Shown in pieces: positions 36,290 to 51,439 of a stretch of DNA of 64,000 nt. Position numbers and translations under genes: made by a program. The notes beneath the pieces are model-generated. The model ran no database searches. It saw only the letters and a program-made list of their open reading frames with translations, and had not been told where the DNA came from. The stretch comes from Eledone cirrhosa (taxonomy: Eukaryota): positions 155,992,001-156,056,000 of the forward strand of contig OZ024741.1 of the NCBI GenBank assembly GCA_964016885.1, written 5' to 3'. Numbering within the stretch: the first letter of the stretch is position 1; the number at the start of each line of letters is the position of its first letter.

Positions 36290-38560
36290 GACCAATCCAT
36301 TATGTAACTTTCTAGCTATTTTGATTCTTGTCAATTCCGACGTTCTTCAAGTTTTTCCTCAGTGCATCCTTGAGCCTGTTCTTGGTTTAATCAACAATTG
36401 CTACCCATGCTCACTGTGACTAACAAGATCATAGTCATTAGCATAAAGTAGATATCTTTTTAGTGAGTTGAACACTGGCTCATAAATTTCATCTTTGCTA
36501 AATTTAAGATATTTCCTGTTGTCTGGTATTTTACATATATCCCTCATTTTTGTTTTGAAAAGTATGATAGTATATGGCAGGAACATCTGTTGTAAAAAGA
36601 TTAGGTGCATCAAGCTCTCCCTGTTCACACCACACCACCTAAGGCTCAGAGAGTGAGCATCAAATGTTAAATCTGACTTTCATGTCATTATGAAAGGTTT
36701 TCAATATATTTAGAAACCTTTGGGGACATCTAAATCTACCATAAAAGACATTCACATGTCATTCCCATTAACAGTATCGAATGCCTCATTGTGATTAACA
36801 AAGCAATCGTTGAGAGCGAGTTCTCTTCAATAATGTTCCTGCAGTTGTCTGATTGGTTAAGCCATTACTGACAGCAGGCAATAGGAAAATACCCACAATG
36901 TTTTCACATTGATCTTTGACAAAAGATTTGAAAGGTGAGACTAAGATAGCATAAACTCACTGTTGTTGCATATCCCCTTTCTTCTTACAACAATATTACA
37001 CCATGTAAAAGTTTTACCATTTTCTCACATCAATACTTGAGAACCACAGCATTACTACTATCCAGGCAAGAGATTTATTGTTATTTAATTTTTGTACAGA
37101 ATTTTTGTATCATTTCTAGTTGGTTCTGATGTCATTTCACCTACCGTTAGGTAGTTTTTCATTGATTGAATAATATTTATTTTGACTGTTAAAGATTTCA
37201 GAGAAGAATGTTACCCAACGACTCAGAATAGAGACACTATCAGTCAAGACTGACTGACATTCTACAGTTCTTTCAGATGGTATTGAAAAGGATTGTGGAC
37301 TATATACTTCTTTAATGTAGAAGATCCTTGCGGTCTACTGCCAGATGTGCTTGTTTGGCTTTGTCCTGCAACCATTGCTGCTGAATATGTGTCAAGGCAT
37401 TTTGCACTTTTCTTTTTAGTCGCTTATAAGTCGCTAAGTAAGTCACATATTTCAGGGTTCTTATCTGTAAGCCAGTCATTGGATATGTTTAGCCCCACAC
37501 CAACTGATGCAGATGCTGCCTGGAAGAATTTTATCTTACAGTCTTCCCTAAAATTACTTGAGTCAAGTGTGATATTATCTAATACACTACGAAAATTGTG
37601 GTTAGCATCCAAAGACCTGGAACTTGCCGCATTAAGTTTATTTGGTACTTTAGTCTCATAGTGTCTAACATTTGGTGTTGAAGTTATATTGAACTTGGCC
37701 CTGACTAGTCGCTGACCTTTTCAGCACTCTGCACCTCTCATTATGAGTTCTCTACATACATCTTTTACATCACATTTTGTAACTAAAAATATAATCAATG
37801 AGATGCAATCCTTAGACCCTAGATGCATTAAAGTTGGTTTATATTCGTTTTTCTGCTGAAAAAATGTATTTGTTATTACATGTTGATGTTCTTTACAAAA
37901 CGTAGGGAGTGAAACACCGTTTCAGTTACATTTCATTATACCATGTTTACCTAGATTCAACGCTCGAATTGAAGAGACCCATAATTACTAACTTAGCAGC
38001 TACCACATTTCTCACTAATTCTCCAAGTTTGTTGTAGAACTGTTCAATAGTTTCGTCTAGGTATGTCATAGTGGGAGCACAACCACTTACTGTAGGGTAT
38101 CATCTTTTTTTTTCAGTGCAGATGACATGATATAATACGTTATGAGGAACCACTAGGCTAATTTACAAAATATGAAAGGAGAGAGTTTCTAAGAGCTAAG
38201 GCAGTGCCCGACCCTTTCATTTGACCTTCTGCTACACCAAAGGAAAGTATGACCAAATCCATTTTCATTGAGCTGACCATCCCAATATAGACGTGTTTCA
38301 GAGAGAGCGCGCGAGCGATAGAGAGCGAGAGAGACAGAGAGAGAGGGGGATGGAGAGAGAAAAGGGGAGAGAGAGAGAAAGAGAGAGGAGAGAGAGAAAA
38401 GAGAGAGAGAGAGAGAGAGAGAGAGCGCGCGCTACTATATCTAATGAATATCTTTTCAACTTGTGAGCGACCAATGCTATTCGTCTTTCTGGTCTTTGAA
38501 TCAAATTGCATTAACTAGAGTTCACATATTCTAGCAAGTCTCATAGTGTGTTTAACATTC
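36290..38560 (-). mobile_element. Old RTE (BovB-like) LINE, heavily decayed, with (GA)n expansion
   Basis: RPERRIALVAHKLKRYSLDIVA (EN N-terminus), VSGCAPTM, AFDTVN and LLYANDYDLVSHSE (decayed YADD). Confidence 0.72.
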
Positions 38561-38834
38561 TTGTGTTGTTGATTGACCACGGTTGTAGGATAGTGCCCAG
38601 ACCTAACTTACTGCGCACCGAGGCATCTGTTCATTTGTCAATCTCAAGTACGTATTGCTCTTTTCTAATTCTGTTTGAAAAGTTTCAAATGAGTTGAAAG
38701 CATATTTTAAGGTTACTGCCAACCATACGGCTAAAGTTACCTGAGTTTTTAGTGTACAAGATGTGAACATAGTTTGCACAGAACTACTACCACTTCTTGA
38801 CCACAGAAGATTTCATTTGTGTGACATATGGAAT

Positions 38835-39520
38835 GACAATACATACATACATGCATACAAACATGCATACATATATGCATACACACATACATACATACAA
38901 ACATTCATACATGCATACATTATTACATACAAACATGCATACATACGTACTTACATACATACATGCATACACACACACGCATACATACATTAAACCCTCA
39001 TTTAGTTTAACACAGTTTCCGCCTACCAAATTTCACTCAAAAGTTGTCAGTCAAACCCAGAGCTTTTTTACTGCGTAGTGGGATTAAACTCAAAATATCG
39101 TGGGAGCGATGTGAACTCTTTAACCACACAACCATGTCTGTGTCTACAAACTGTGTTTAAGCAGGTGGTGATTAACTCTACTATGTATGCATGTATGTAT
39201 GTATGTACGTATGTATGTGTGTATGTATGGATGGATGGATGGATGGATGTATATATGTATGTATGTATTTATATATGTGTGTGTGTGTGCGTGTGTGTGA
39301 ATGTTCTAATTGTGAAGTGTGTGTGTGTGTGTGTGTGTTTGGTTATGATGAAATATTCTGTCTTTTGTATGTGTCTACATCAATATGCTTGTGAAATGAG
39401 TGTCGGTGTTTGTGAATGTGTGTCTATGTTTTTATGCATGCGTGTGTGTGCGTACATGTGTATGTGTGTGCGTGTGTGTGTGTGTATGTGTGTGTGTGTG
39501 AAATGTGTGTATATGTTTAC
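38835..39520. repeat. (TACA)n, (TATG)n and (TG)n simple repeats with a SINE-like remnant at ~38995-39140
   Basis: Visible repeats, and gggattaaactc...aactctttaaccacacaaccatg resembles a tRNA-type head on the minus strand. Confidence 0.7.
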
Positions 39521-40715
39521 GTCAAATAACGTGTTATATTCCCGTTAATGTCGATGATTCTTTTCAATAAGATTCAATAAGAAAGCTTCTCATCAATTGT
39601 ACAGTGAAAATCATTACGGAAGGAAAGGTGAGATTGAATCGTTGAAGTCATCACCTGGAACTTACAATGAATATCTGTTATGATGCCACGCGTTATTGAA
39701 CACTGAAAATCAATTAATTCTACTCTCATTGATTAGTGTCACATTTTTCTAAAGAGAGACACGATGATGGACAATAATTCTGAAATCTGTCAAAATCATA
39801 GAAAGTCTAATATGTACAACAACAACAAAAATAACAACAACAATAGTAACAACTACTACAGCAAACACCATCAACAACAAAAACAGCCAGAGCAACCACA
39901 ACAATTACCAAAAACAACATAAAACACATCTACCACAACCAACAACAAGAACCACACCAACAACAAAACCAATAACTACTACCAACAACAAATAGTACCA
40001 TAAAATATTCCATAACAAGGAAGACAGTGTAATAAAATGGCTATACAGGAAACGATATAAAACATTTAGTTAGAAGAAAGTCGGATGCACACAGATGTAA
40101 CTGGGGCATGGAATTATAGTTGATATTGCTGCTGTTGTTATATATGGTGGCGCTCTGAAAGTCAGATGTCAAATATGAACAAGCTAGATCTATGATCTGG
40201 CCATGACTAATGCATGTTTATTTCTACAGCAAACTACTACAATTAGTTTTAAGTCCTCCTCAGCTTGCTTCAACGAGGGATAGGTACCACCAGGTATAAA
40301 AAATACTAAACTAATGCCATATGTCACTACGTTGCCCTACAACATCATCAAAAGATACGGGTCCATACAAATCGAAGCCGTTGCGAAGGGAGGAAGTAAA
40401 GATTTGCTATTTCAAACGATCAGTCACTCCCTTTATCTTATCTTTTGAGTTGATTTCCACTTCCCTAGAGGTTTTCCTAAAATATACGGCGTTAGAAAGA
40501 CCTTAAACTAGGAAAACCTCAAGATGTTTGGAGTGGGGCTGTACTTGTAATTCAACGTATGTTGTGCCTGCTGAGAAGAGTGGAGCAACGAGTGATACAT
40601 TCAGACTCAAGGAAAAAACATACCATCTGGTATGAGAGCCTAAGCTGAATTCACTGACAACTTGACCACGCACCTTATAATTAATTATACAAGAATAGAA
40701 AACAGTAGAAACATT

Positions 40716-41398
<683 letters not shown>

Positions 41399-41399
41399 C

Positions 41400-42190
<791 letters not shown>

Positions 42191-42348
42191 ATACTTTGGG
42201 AGGGTCATGTTGCCAATAAGAAACACACGCACCAGTTGCTTTCACTTCAATTTATTAATTATTTATAAATTTATATATTTACAAATTTACAAACTTATAA
42301 ATTTCTGGTTAGTTGGTTGGTTCCACAACCAGATAGTTGTTTATATAT

Positions 42349-42393
42349 AGTCATAGTCCTTTCGTCACACACTCTGTGACCTCTTCAGTGACT
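42349..42393 (-). ncRNA. Minimal hammerhead ribozyme in inverted pseudo-LTR
   Basis: Reverse complement of 46054-46098. Confidence 0.73.
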
Positions 42394-42630
42394 GGGGATT
42401 CCTTTCTTTGTTTCTGTGCCTTTCCTTTCTTCTATCCTACGCCATTTTGTTTCTGTGTGTGTGTTGTGTGCTCAGCTTGCGCATGCGCCACATCCTGGTG
42501 TCTGTGTGTGTTTGTGTTCATTTCTCTATTTGTTTATTTATTTATTTATTTTTTTATTGTTGGTTGGTTGTTTGTTCTATGTGTATGTGTGTTTTCATTT
42601 TGTCCTGTGTGTGTTTTCATATTGTCCTTA

Positions 42631-45600
42631 TGATTAGTTGTCTGTCAGAAATAGAAAAATCATATACAAAACTACGCTGGAGCATCAAAATCAAAAGCAA
42701 CAATATACGCACACACGTATACAACACACATCCCAACAACAACAGACACACAGACACAAACAACAATAACAACAACACACACATCAACAACAACAACAAT
42801 AGCAACATACCCAGATACAACAACAGACACGCAGACACAAACAACAATAACAACACACACAACAACGATAACACACACGGAGACAACAATAACAATAACA
42901 CACACATCAACAACAACAACAACAATAGCAACATACCCAGATACAACAACAACAGACACGCAGACACAAACAACAATAACAACACACGCAACAACGATAA
43001 CACACACGGAGACAACAACAACACACATCAACAACAACAACACACACGCATTCAATGCCTCTCACCACCACCACAATCTTAACAAACACACAGACACAGA
43101 AAACAAGTAATGACAGTAGCACAGAAATCAGAGATATAAGAGAAAGTAATAGGATTAAAAGGAAAAGGAGATGGGAGACTAAGGACAAAGAGAATAACCA
43201 AGACGAACACACAGACACACAAAATAGGGTAGATAACAACATTGAGCCAGTGGAAAGAGACAGGAGTAATTATGAGTGACATAGAAACAACCATGAGGCT
43301 GTTGGTGGAAATAGAATTAGAAACAACACAACTAACAATAATAATAGCACTAGTACACATAAAGCAGCAGCCTGGAACTCTCCGTTTTATAACCCCTCCG
43401 ATAAATCATTCGACCTACGACGAGTCCACGCCACGACTTTGCCATTTAACAAACGCACGCAGTTGCCGTCGCAGGTCGATAACAAACAGAAGCACAATTT
43501 AGTATAGCTAAATCCGAACTTAGAAATATTATAGAACAGTATAGCAAGAAGCATAATAGAATAGAGGCCCAGCAACTGGGAGAAAAATCTGCAAATGGCT
43601 TGCGTAAGCTCATGCAGCGCTCGCGTAATGGAGAGATAGCATGTTTTCCAACAGACAAGTCTGGCAGAATGTCGGTTGACAGCCTGCCAAACTACATCCA
43701 GGCAATGCAACCCCACATCTCTAACACAAGAGAGGTAACACCACAGGAGCATGAGGATAGAGAAAAAGCCCCCAATGCCCATATGGTGATGTGGACGAAT
43801 ATAATGCAGCCCAACAAAAGGACTGCCAACAACTTCCAGGCCTGGAACAATGACGTGCCGGCGTTGTATGGGCTTCGAAAAGACCATAAAAGGGGCTGGG
43901 ACCCTGTCGCGGGTCCACCAACACGGCCAGTCTGTGCGGCTAACATTGCTAGTAACTACAGACTGTCCTACTTCCTCTCCCTGATCATACGCCCCATCAT
44001 TGAGATGTCCCCAGATGTGTGTGACAGCACGGAGGACCTCCTCAGCAGAATCGGCGCGGGTAACCGATCTGGGGACCTAACAAACTGCATAATAGGCAGT
44101 ATGGATGTTGTGTCCCTGTATCCATCTATTGACGTGGATTTTGCTGTGGAGAAATGCGTAGAAATGATCAGCGAGAGCAAGGTTGAGTTCCGTGGGATTG
44201 ATACCAGTGAGCTGGGACTTCTACTTAAGCTTACCCATAGTAATAGTTACCTAGACACTTATGACCTTAGCAACCTGTGCCCTACAAGACCAGCAAGAGG
44301 CAGACCACCTACCATTACCTCAATGGCCAAGAAAACCCACACAGATAGATGGAACGGGTGGACCAGAGCCATACGGACACCCGAAAACCACGATGAACTG
44401 AAGAAAATGATTGCACATGCGGTAGGGGCCAGCATAAAACTAACCCATAAGGAACATATGTTCAAATTTAATGGTAAAACATATGCCCAAGAGGAAGGAG
44501 CAGCCATTGGTGTTAGCATTGCAGGCGACATAGCTAACTTATTCATGGTATGGTGGGACAGTAGACTTAAACAAAAACTTAAAGAACTATTAGAAGACAG
44601 CTTAACCCTGATAATGTACTCCCGCTACGTAGATGATATAAACATCGTAGTTAAGACACCCCCACTAAAGAACAGTCAGGAACTAGAGAAAAACACAATG
44701 GAAAGCATCCAGCAAATAGCAAACTCCATCCACCAGTGTATTAGAGTTACTATAGACTACCCAAGTAGACAGCCCAACCATCGATTACCTGTACTAGACA
44801 CAGAGCTCTGGTTAGATACCATTAACAACCAAAAACAAATCCTCCATTCCCATTATGCCAAACCCATGACTTCCAAACATCTGATCCACCGAAACTCGGC
44901 CATTTCGGACCATACCAAAATCAACATACTGATTGCGGATTTGGTACGGGTGATGAGAAATGTGTCCCACATGTGCAACCCCGAAGAACTAGAGAGACAC
45001 ATACAACACTTCATCCACCGTATGCAGTTCTCTGGCTACAATCAGAGAGATAGAATCAGAGTGTATAAAGGAGCCAAAACCAAATGGGAAAAAATGGTAA
45101 ATAATGACTTAAATGGGACCTGCCCCTTGTATAGGAGCAAATTTTGGAATAGAATAGAAAGAACTAGGAACAAGGCCAATAGAATAAACTCATGGTATGA
45201 TAGCAATAAATACCAGAGTGTAATGTTCATCAATACAACCCCTAGAGGCGAACTAGCCTACACATTTTGAAGGGCCCTAAATAAACATAATCTCAATATT
45301 AAGATAGTAGAAAGACCAGGTACCTCCGTAAAAACACTTATTAGCAAGACATACCCGTTCCAAAGACCCTCATGTATAGATAAGAAATGTATAACCTGTA
45401 AAATAAGCCCCTATATTAACTGTAAAACTAGAAATGTAGTGTATAGCATAAGATGTACTGAAGGACAATGTAGAAACAAAAATATAGTGTACATAGGTGA
45501 GACAGCTCGTAGTATAGGGGAACGAATAAATGAACACTGGCGAGACCTCCAAGATAATAAAGAATCATCTGTGCTCTACCAACATGCTAAGATAGAACAC

Positions 45601-45756
45601 AGGGGTAGATTAGAGAACATAGAAATAAAAATAGATTCCACACACAGAAAAGACGCAATGTTTAGGCAAATTACAGAGGCAGTAAGCATAAAAGAATTAA
45701 AACCAAAATTAAATAGAAAATATGAGTGGAACAGCAACATCACAACTTACAATTAA
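42631..45756 (+). pseudogene. PLE ORF (Asn-rich N-terminal region, RT, GIY-YIG EN), frameshifts before ~43500 and in-frame TGA at 45268-45270
   Basis: EIEKSYTKLRW and FDLRRVHATTLPFNKR, then an RT nearly identical to 8104-10320. The ORFs at 43600 and 45439 share one frame. Confidence 0.9.
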
Positions 45757-46053
45757 GGACAAAATGAAAACACACACAGGACAAAATGAAAACACACACA
45801 CACATAGAACAAACAACTTACAATTAAGGACAAAATGAAAACACACACAGGACAAAATGAAAACACACACATAGAACAAACAACCATCCAACAATAAATA
45901 AATAAATAAATAAACAAATATATAAATGAACACAAACACACACAGACACCCGGATGTGGCGCATGCGCAAACTGAACACACAACACACACACAGTAACAA
46001 AATGGCGTAGGATAGACGAAAGGAAAGGCACAGAAACAAAGAAAGGAATCCCC

Positions 46054-46098
46054 AGTCACTGAAGAGGTCACAGAGTGTGTGACGAAAGGACTATGACT
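46054..46098 (+). ncRNA. Minimal hammerhead ribozyme in 3' pseudo-LTR
   Basis: agtca-CTGAAGA-g-gtcaca...tgtgac-GAAA-ggac-TA-tgact. Confidence 0.73.
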
Positions 46099-46316
46099 AT
46101 ATATAAACAACTATCTGGTTGTGGAACCAACCAACCAACCAGAAATTTATAAGTTTGTAAATTTGTAAATTTATAAATTTATAAATATATAATAATTTGA
46201 AGTGAAATCAACTGGTGAGTGTGTTTCTTATTGGCAACATGACCCTCCCAAAGTATAACAATATCGGTTTCAACACACGATTTCAGATAAAGAATCTTGC
46301 TAAACAAATTCAGAAA

Positions 46317-46401
<85 letters not shown>

Positions 46402-46440
46402 AAGGAAAAGCGAAGTAGCTTCAGATGTTCAAGGCTTTTA

Positions 46441-46631
46441 ATAACAATTGTTTCTACTTTAGGCACAAGGCCAGCAATTATCCAGTGCATTACTGGTACT
46501 TTATTTTATCGACCCCGTAAGGATGAAAGGCAAAGTCAACCTCGGCGGGATTTGAACTCAGATCGTAAAGGGACTTAACTATGCTGGAAATCATAGCGTC
46601 CGACCCTCTACCGATACTGACAATCCACCGC
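46441..46631 (-). mobile_element. tRNA-derived SINE
   Basis: Full reverse-complement match to the SINE family. Confidence 0.9.
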
Positions 46632-47480
46632 AATAATGCTGTGATATATATTTCAATGGCGACATTGATTTACCCTCCGTTCTACTGTACGGTACTATCG
46701 TTCAGTATGTAGATAATATAACTGTAACATTAATACCCATTTCAAAACTTCTCACTTAAACATCTCTCTGCATATTATTTACAGTAATGTACTGGGTAAT
46801 TGCTGGCCTTGTGCCTAAAGTAGAAACAATTATTTACTCACTTCAATCTATATTTTTTTACTCGCCTCAATCCAGATTCCCACTTGGAAAAGTATTAATT
46901 TTTAATTGTTAATTTTTAATTTCTAATTTTTGATATTTAATATTTGATTTCTGATTTTGGATTTTAAATTTTAATTCCCAACTCTCATTCATAACTTCCA
47001 CCGTGAAACCATGATACATACAATTAAGTATATTTTCTCTTAGAGGTTGATGGTCAATTATACTGTCCATGCTTAATGAGAGGTGGTATTCAGACCTAAA
47101 GATACTCACACTCTCCCATCCCCACTAGCTTTCGAGTGACAGCCACTGACGGGATGGGTAGCAGGCCTTGAATGGATCATTGTTTGGCTGACAGGGAGAA
47201 CTGACTAAGCGAATTTCGTTGAAATCTGCGGTAGCTAATGGTCAACTTCCTACGGACCTGCGCCTGCGCAGACCAGTGGGGGTGAATTGGAACTCTCAGG
47301 GGAATGGACGAAGAACCCAAGAGCACACACTTCGTCCGTTCCCATGTCGATTCAATTTGGATTGCCTCGGAAACCTAACCTTATTATGTAACAAGCTGTC
47401 TGACGATGTCGCGACACTGGCGCACGCAACAGTGTGACCACTGTCGCCATTGAAATATATATCACAGCATTATTATTAAA

Positions 47481-47650
47481 GAGGGTCGGACGCCATGCTT
47501 TGACGCATAGAGTTACGGACCTTGCCATTCTGAGTTCAAATCCCGCCGAGGTTAACTTTGCCTTTCATCCTTACGGGGTCGATAAAATAAAGTACCAGTA
47601 ATACACTGGTAATTGCTGGCCTTGTGTCAAAGGTAGAAAAAATTATTATT
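47481..47650 (+). mobile_element. tRNA-derived SINE, 5'-truncated, with attattattaaa on both flanks
   Basis: Starts at gagggtcggacgcc. Flanks are attattattaaa/attattattaaaa, a likely TSD. Confidence 0.88.
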
Positions 47651-47761
47651 AAAAGACTTGAACATCTGAAACTACTTCGCTTTTCCTTATTCGATATTTA
47701 CTCCTATGTGGAATAAGTACGTTGAGTGCTTGAATTGAATTGCATCAATGTTTACCCTAAG

Positions 47762-47793
<32 letters not shown>

Positions 47794-47805
47794 CATACAT
47801 ACATA

Positions 47806-47841
<36 letters not shown>

Positions 47842-48605
47842 CATACATACATATATATATGTATTTATGTGTACGAATAAATATATTTATAAATGTATGT
47901 GTGGATGTATATCTCTGAGTTATATATGTACATATGATGATGTGTGCATCAACATAGGTTGAAGTAAAGAAGTGAACAACAAGAATAATTTTAAAGAAAA
48001 TTGTTGGTGTTAGATATGAACACAAGTTGAACTGATATGTGGGTGGGGATTGCCAAGAAAGAGCAGCATATGACAGGCACTTAGAATATCCAAAGTAGAT
48101 AAGACAACGTATGTCACACAACACATAATATAACAAAACATGAAAAAACAAAAATATATGAGGAAAAAAAAACCAACTAAATTATATGAAAGGAAATATA
48201 ACTAAACTAAAAAGACAAAGAAAATGGTACGTAAATTGCCAATAAAATGGCGGTTAAACTAGGAATAAATATAAACAGTTTGCTGGATGTATTTCTTCCA
48301 ATTGTGTGATACAAAATATATCCTCTAAATAACAAAGGATTATGTAATCAAAGAATCGGAATAGCAAGCAGGATGAAGTGAACTTTGGCTGAGGTTCGGC
48401 AGAGAGAAAAGAACGAATAGAACATATTATATTGTTGTTTGGTTATAGCTGTCGAAACAGAGGGTTCAGTCGTTTAGCCAGCCTATGTAATATAGTCACA
48501 CACCACTATACCAAGGTATTGAGTACTCTTTTAAATAAGGGTCTTACATTTTAATATTGGTTTAATCCTGATATATACGTATCTATATAATTATGAAATG
48601 AAGCT

Positions 48606-48661
<56 letters not shown>

Positions 48662-48704
48662 GTATATAGATAGATAGATATAGATAAATTTACAGACACG
48701 CACG

Positions 48705-48765
<61 letters not shown>

Positions 48766-48909
48766 GCACACATATATATATATTCATTAAAATATGTTAC
48801 CAAACACATCATAATTTACAATTGTTTCATCCCCGTGGGACTCATCAAAATCAATCATGTTATGAATAAATACCTCAGTAAGTTCATCTGTTCATTTTTT
48901 TATTATAAT

Positions 48910-49075
48910 CGGACACCATACTTTGAAACATAGAGTTACGTCCTTTTATGATCTAAGTTCAAATCCCGCCGAGGTTAACTTTGCGTTTCATCCTTACGGG
49001 GTCGATAAAATAAAGTACCAGTAATGTACTGTGTAATTGCTGGCCTTGTGCCTAAAATAGGAACAATTATAATAA
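48910..49075 (+). mobile_element. tRNA-derived SINE, 5'-truncated
   Basis: B box gttcaaatccc, core and 3' end ccttgtgcctaaaataggaacaatta. Confidence 0.85.
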
Positions 49076-49190
49076 ATTATCATATTATAAGCTGATATAA
49101 CTTTTTTAACTATACTTTCCAGTTTCCACATTTGAAAACGAATTTCCTTATATGTATATGTATATATCTATCTATCTCTATATATATACA

Positions 49191-49287
<97 letters not shown>

Positions 49288-49289
<2 letters not shown>

Positions 49290-49488
49290 CGAAGGAAATG
49301 TGGTAAGTAACCAGATGGACCATAACGCACCAAAGTACTCAATACTTAGGGTAGTAGAGTGGGTAATAGGAACGAGTAGGACCCCGACGGTTGAGCTCAA
49401 GCCGTTTCGACGGCTAATTCTGGACGCATTCTGGTCCAGAATTAGCCGTCGAAACGGCTTGAGCTCAGCCGTCGGGGTCCTACTCGTT

Positions 49489-49493
<5 letters not shown>
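49288..49493. repeat. GC-rich 60-bp-arm hairpin with ~78-nt one-sided extension inside (TA)n
   Basis: 49366-49425 pairs with 49434-49493 (one mismatch, 8-nt loop). Confidence 0.92.
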
Positions 49494-49565
<72 letters not shown>

Positions 49566-50282
49566 ATGTGTGTCTATATATATATATATACATATTGGCA
49601 GAGGAAATACACATAACAGCATCTCTAACACACATTAATTCACAATAGGAATATATGAAAGCAACCATGTTTATATTTAATAAAGATATTTAGCTCTCGT
49701 GTGGGTACTTTATATTGTGATCAGATCATGGCTATCCCAGCAACAGTGTTATAATACTATAGCAATTATTGATTTATTAATCCATCATCAGTGTAATAGC
49801 ATAATATATATACTTTTACTGATAGATTTACAGGGAGTTTCATTTGCATATAGTGCAAGCAGACTTGACGAGTTGGTATTAAGTAAGAGTATCATGATTT
49901 AGGATAGACTCGTATATGGAAGCATATAAACTATGATCATGTATAATAAACATAGTTAAGCCACATTGTCTGTATTTTATGCACTAATCATATCATAGCT
50001 ACATCAGTACCCACAATAAAAGGCCAAGCACCAGTTTTTCAGGATTTTCCCCATTCCAGTGACGTTTATGCACATGGTACTGAATCAAATTAAGGTATCA
50101 TTTTATATGCAGATTTTTATAGAGATTCTCATTTGCATAAAGTGCAGGCTTGACTGGCTGTTGCATTAACAGTTGCATTAATATTTGCATTAACAGATCT
50201 GCAATTATGCCCGCCGTCTTACTAAACTTTCTTTAGGTGTACGTGTTTGTGTAATTAATTTGAAGATTACAAAATAACAGTG

Positions 50283-50520
50283 AAGACGCATGGCTTAGTG
50301 GTTAGGATTTACGGCTCAAAATCGAGTTTCCATTCCGGATTGGGCTGTGCGTTTTTTCCAAAACACTCAGCTGGAATAACATGAGACTTTACCTGTAATT
50401 CAAAGAGCCAGCCTTCTTACATCTCCTTGTGAATTACATTATGGATCTTTGGAATACTTAGCCACTTACATTGAATTGCAAAATGAATTGAACCTATGAC
50501 TGAAGGAGCGACAGTCATGA
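50283..50520 (+). mobile_element. Different, older tRNA-derived SINE
   Basis: gcatggcttagtggttagg (A box) and gagtttccattcc (decayed B box). Confidence 0.5.
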
Positions 50521-50879
50521 GAATGAAGTTAAAGTAATACGAGGCTGTGGAAGCCTCAGCCATTTAGAGGATAATAGCACGAGCAAGTCGTTGTTTTGAG
50601 CCAGCAACTGAATTACTCATTGTCGAAGCTGACGGATTCCAACACACAATATCATAAAGGAGGCTTAGAAAACCGAAAAGAAATGCTAGACTCTTAATGA
50701 ATATTTCTGAACTAGTGTAAAATAAATTTATCTAGACGCAGGCTGGGATGTAGTTTCTGGCTCAGTCCCGCTGCATGGTACCTGGTGCAAGTGATTTCTA
50801 TTATAGTCTCAGACAGGCCAATGCTTTGTGTGTACAATTTTGTATGCGGAAACTGCAAAGATGTCCATTGTATAAATAG

Positions 50880-50997
50880 ATATGTATCTGTGTGTGTATG
50901 TGTGTGTGTGTGTATTTGTGTGTGTGAGTGTGTGTATGTATCTGTTTGTGTGTGTGTGTGTTTGTGTGTATGTGTGTATTTGTGTATGTGTGTGTGT

Positions 50998-51070
<73 letters not shown>
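50880..51070. repeat. (TG)n microsatellite
   Basis: Directly visible. Confidence 0.95.
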
Positions 51071-51071
<1 letters not shown>

Positions 51072-51345
51072 TCTTATCTATATCTACTTTAATTCTTTAT
51101 TTATATCCCATAACTGAGCTATTTGGAAATTAGAGAAGAATTAAATAAATGCTTGGATAAAGAAAAAAGAATAGTGGAGTTGATGCAACTGACTAAATCC
51201 CTTCGACTTGGTGTCCCAGCATGGCCACAGTCTAATGATGAAACCATTGAAAAAGAAAATTATATTTAACGGTGTTTATGGTTTGTTTATACACACTAAT
51301 TGCGACGAAGAGCGATCAATAAGGTACCAGACATGAAATGATCGT

Positions 51346-51439
51346 TACCGGAGACGATACCAGCGAAGTACCGGAGATGATACCAAGTACCGGAGACGAT
51401 ACCAAGTACCGGAGACGATACCAAGTACCGGAGACGATA
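51346..51439. repeat. 19-bp minisatellite, ~5 units (taccggagacgataccaag)
   Basis: Head-to-tail units with no spacers. Confidence 0.9.

Larger units (their letters stand above)
46398..47761. mobile_element. ORF-less inverted-repeat element in (TA)n with ~70-nt one-sided tail; each arm interrupted by a SINE
   Basis: gaataaggaaaagcgaagtag...atttcaatggcgaca (46398-46665) is mirrored at 47443-47692. Extra sequence at 47693-47761 precedes (TA)n. Confidence 0.75.

Noticed and set aside
39666-39702. Possible 37-nt minus-strand exon (ttttcag...gtaagt), and a possible acceptor at ~20997
   Set aside because: Only splice-like signals are present, with no recognisable peptide or neighbouring exons. RNA-seq would be needed.
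47200-47280. Hammerhead-like fold (ctgactaagcgaa...ttcgttgaaatctgcg...cgcaga)
   Set aside because: The core reads CUGACUA, there is no UH site and no stem I. At best a decayed remnant.
51346-51439. Short repeats resembling a CRISPR array
   Set aside because: Units are head-to-tail with no unique spacers, there are no cas genes, and the context is eukaryotic.
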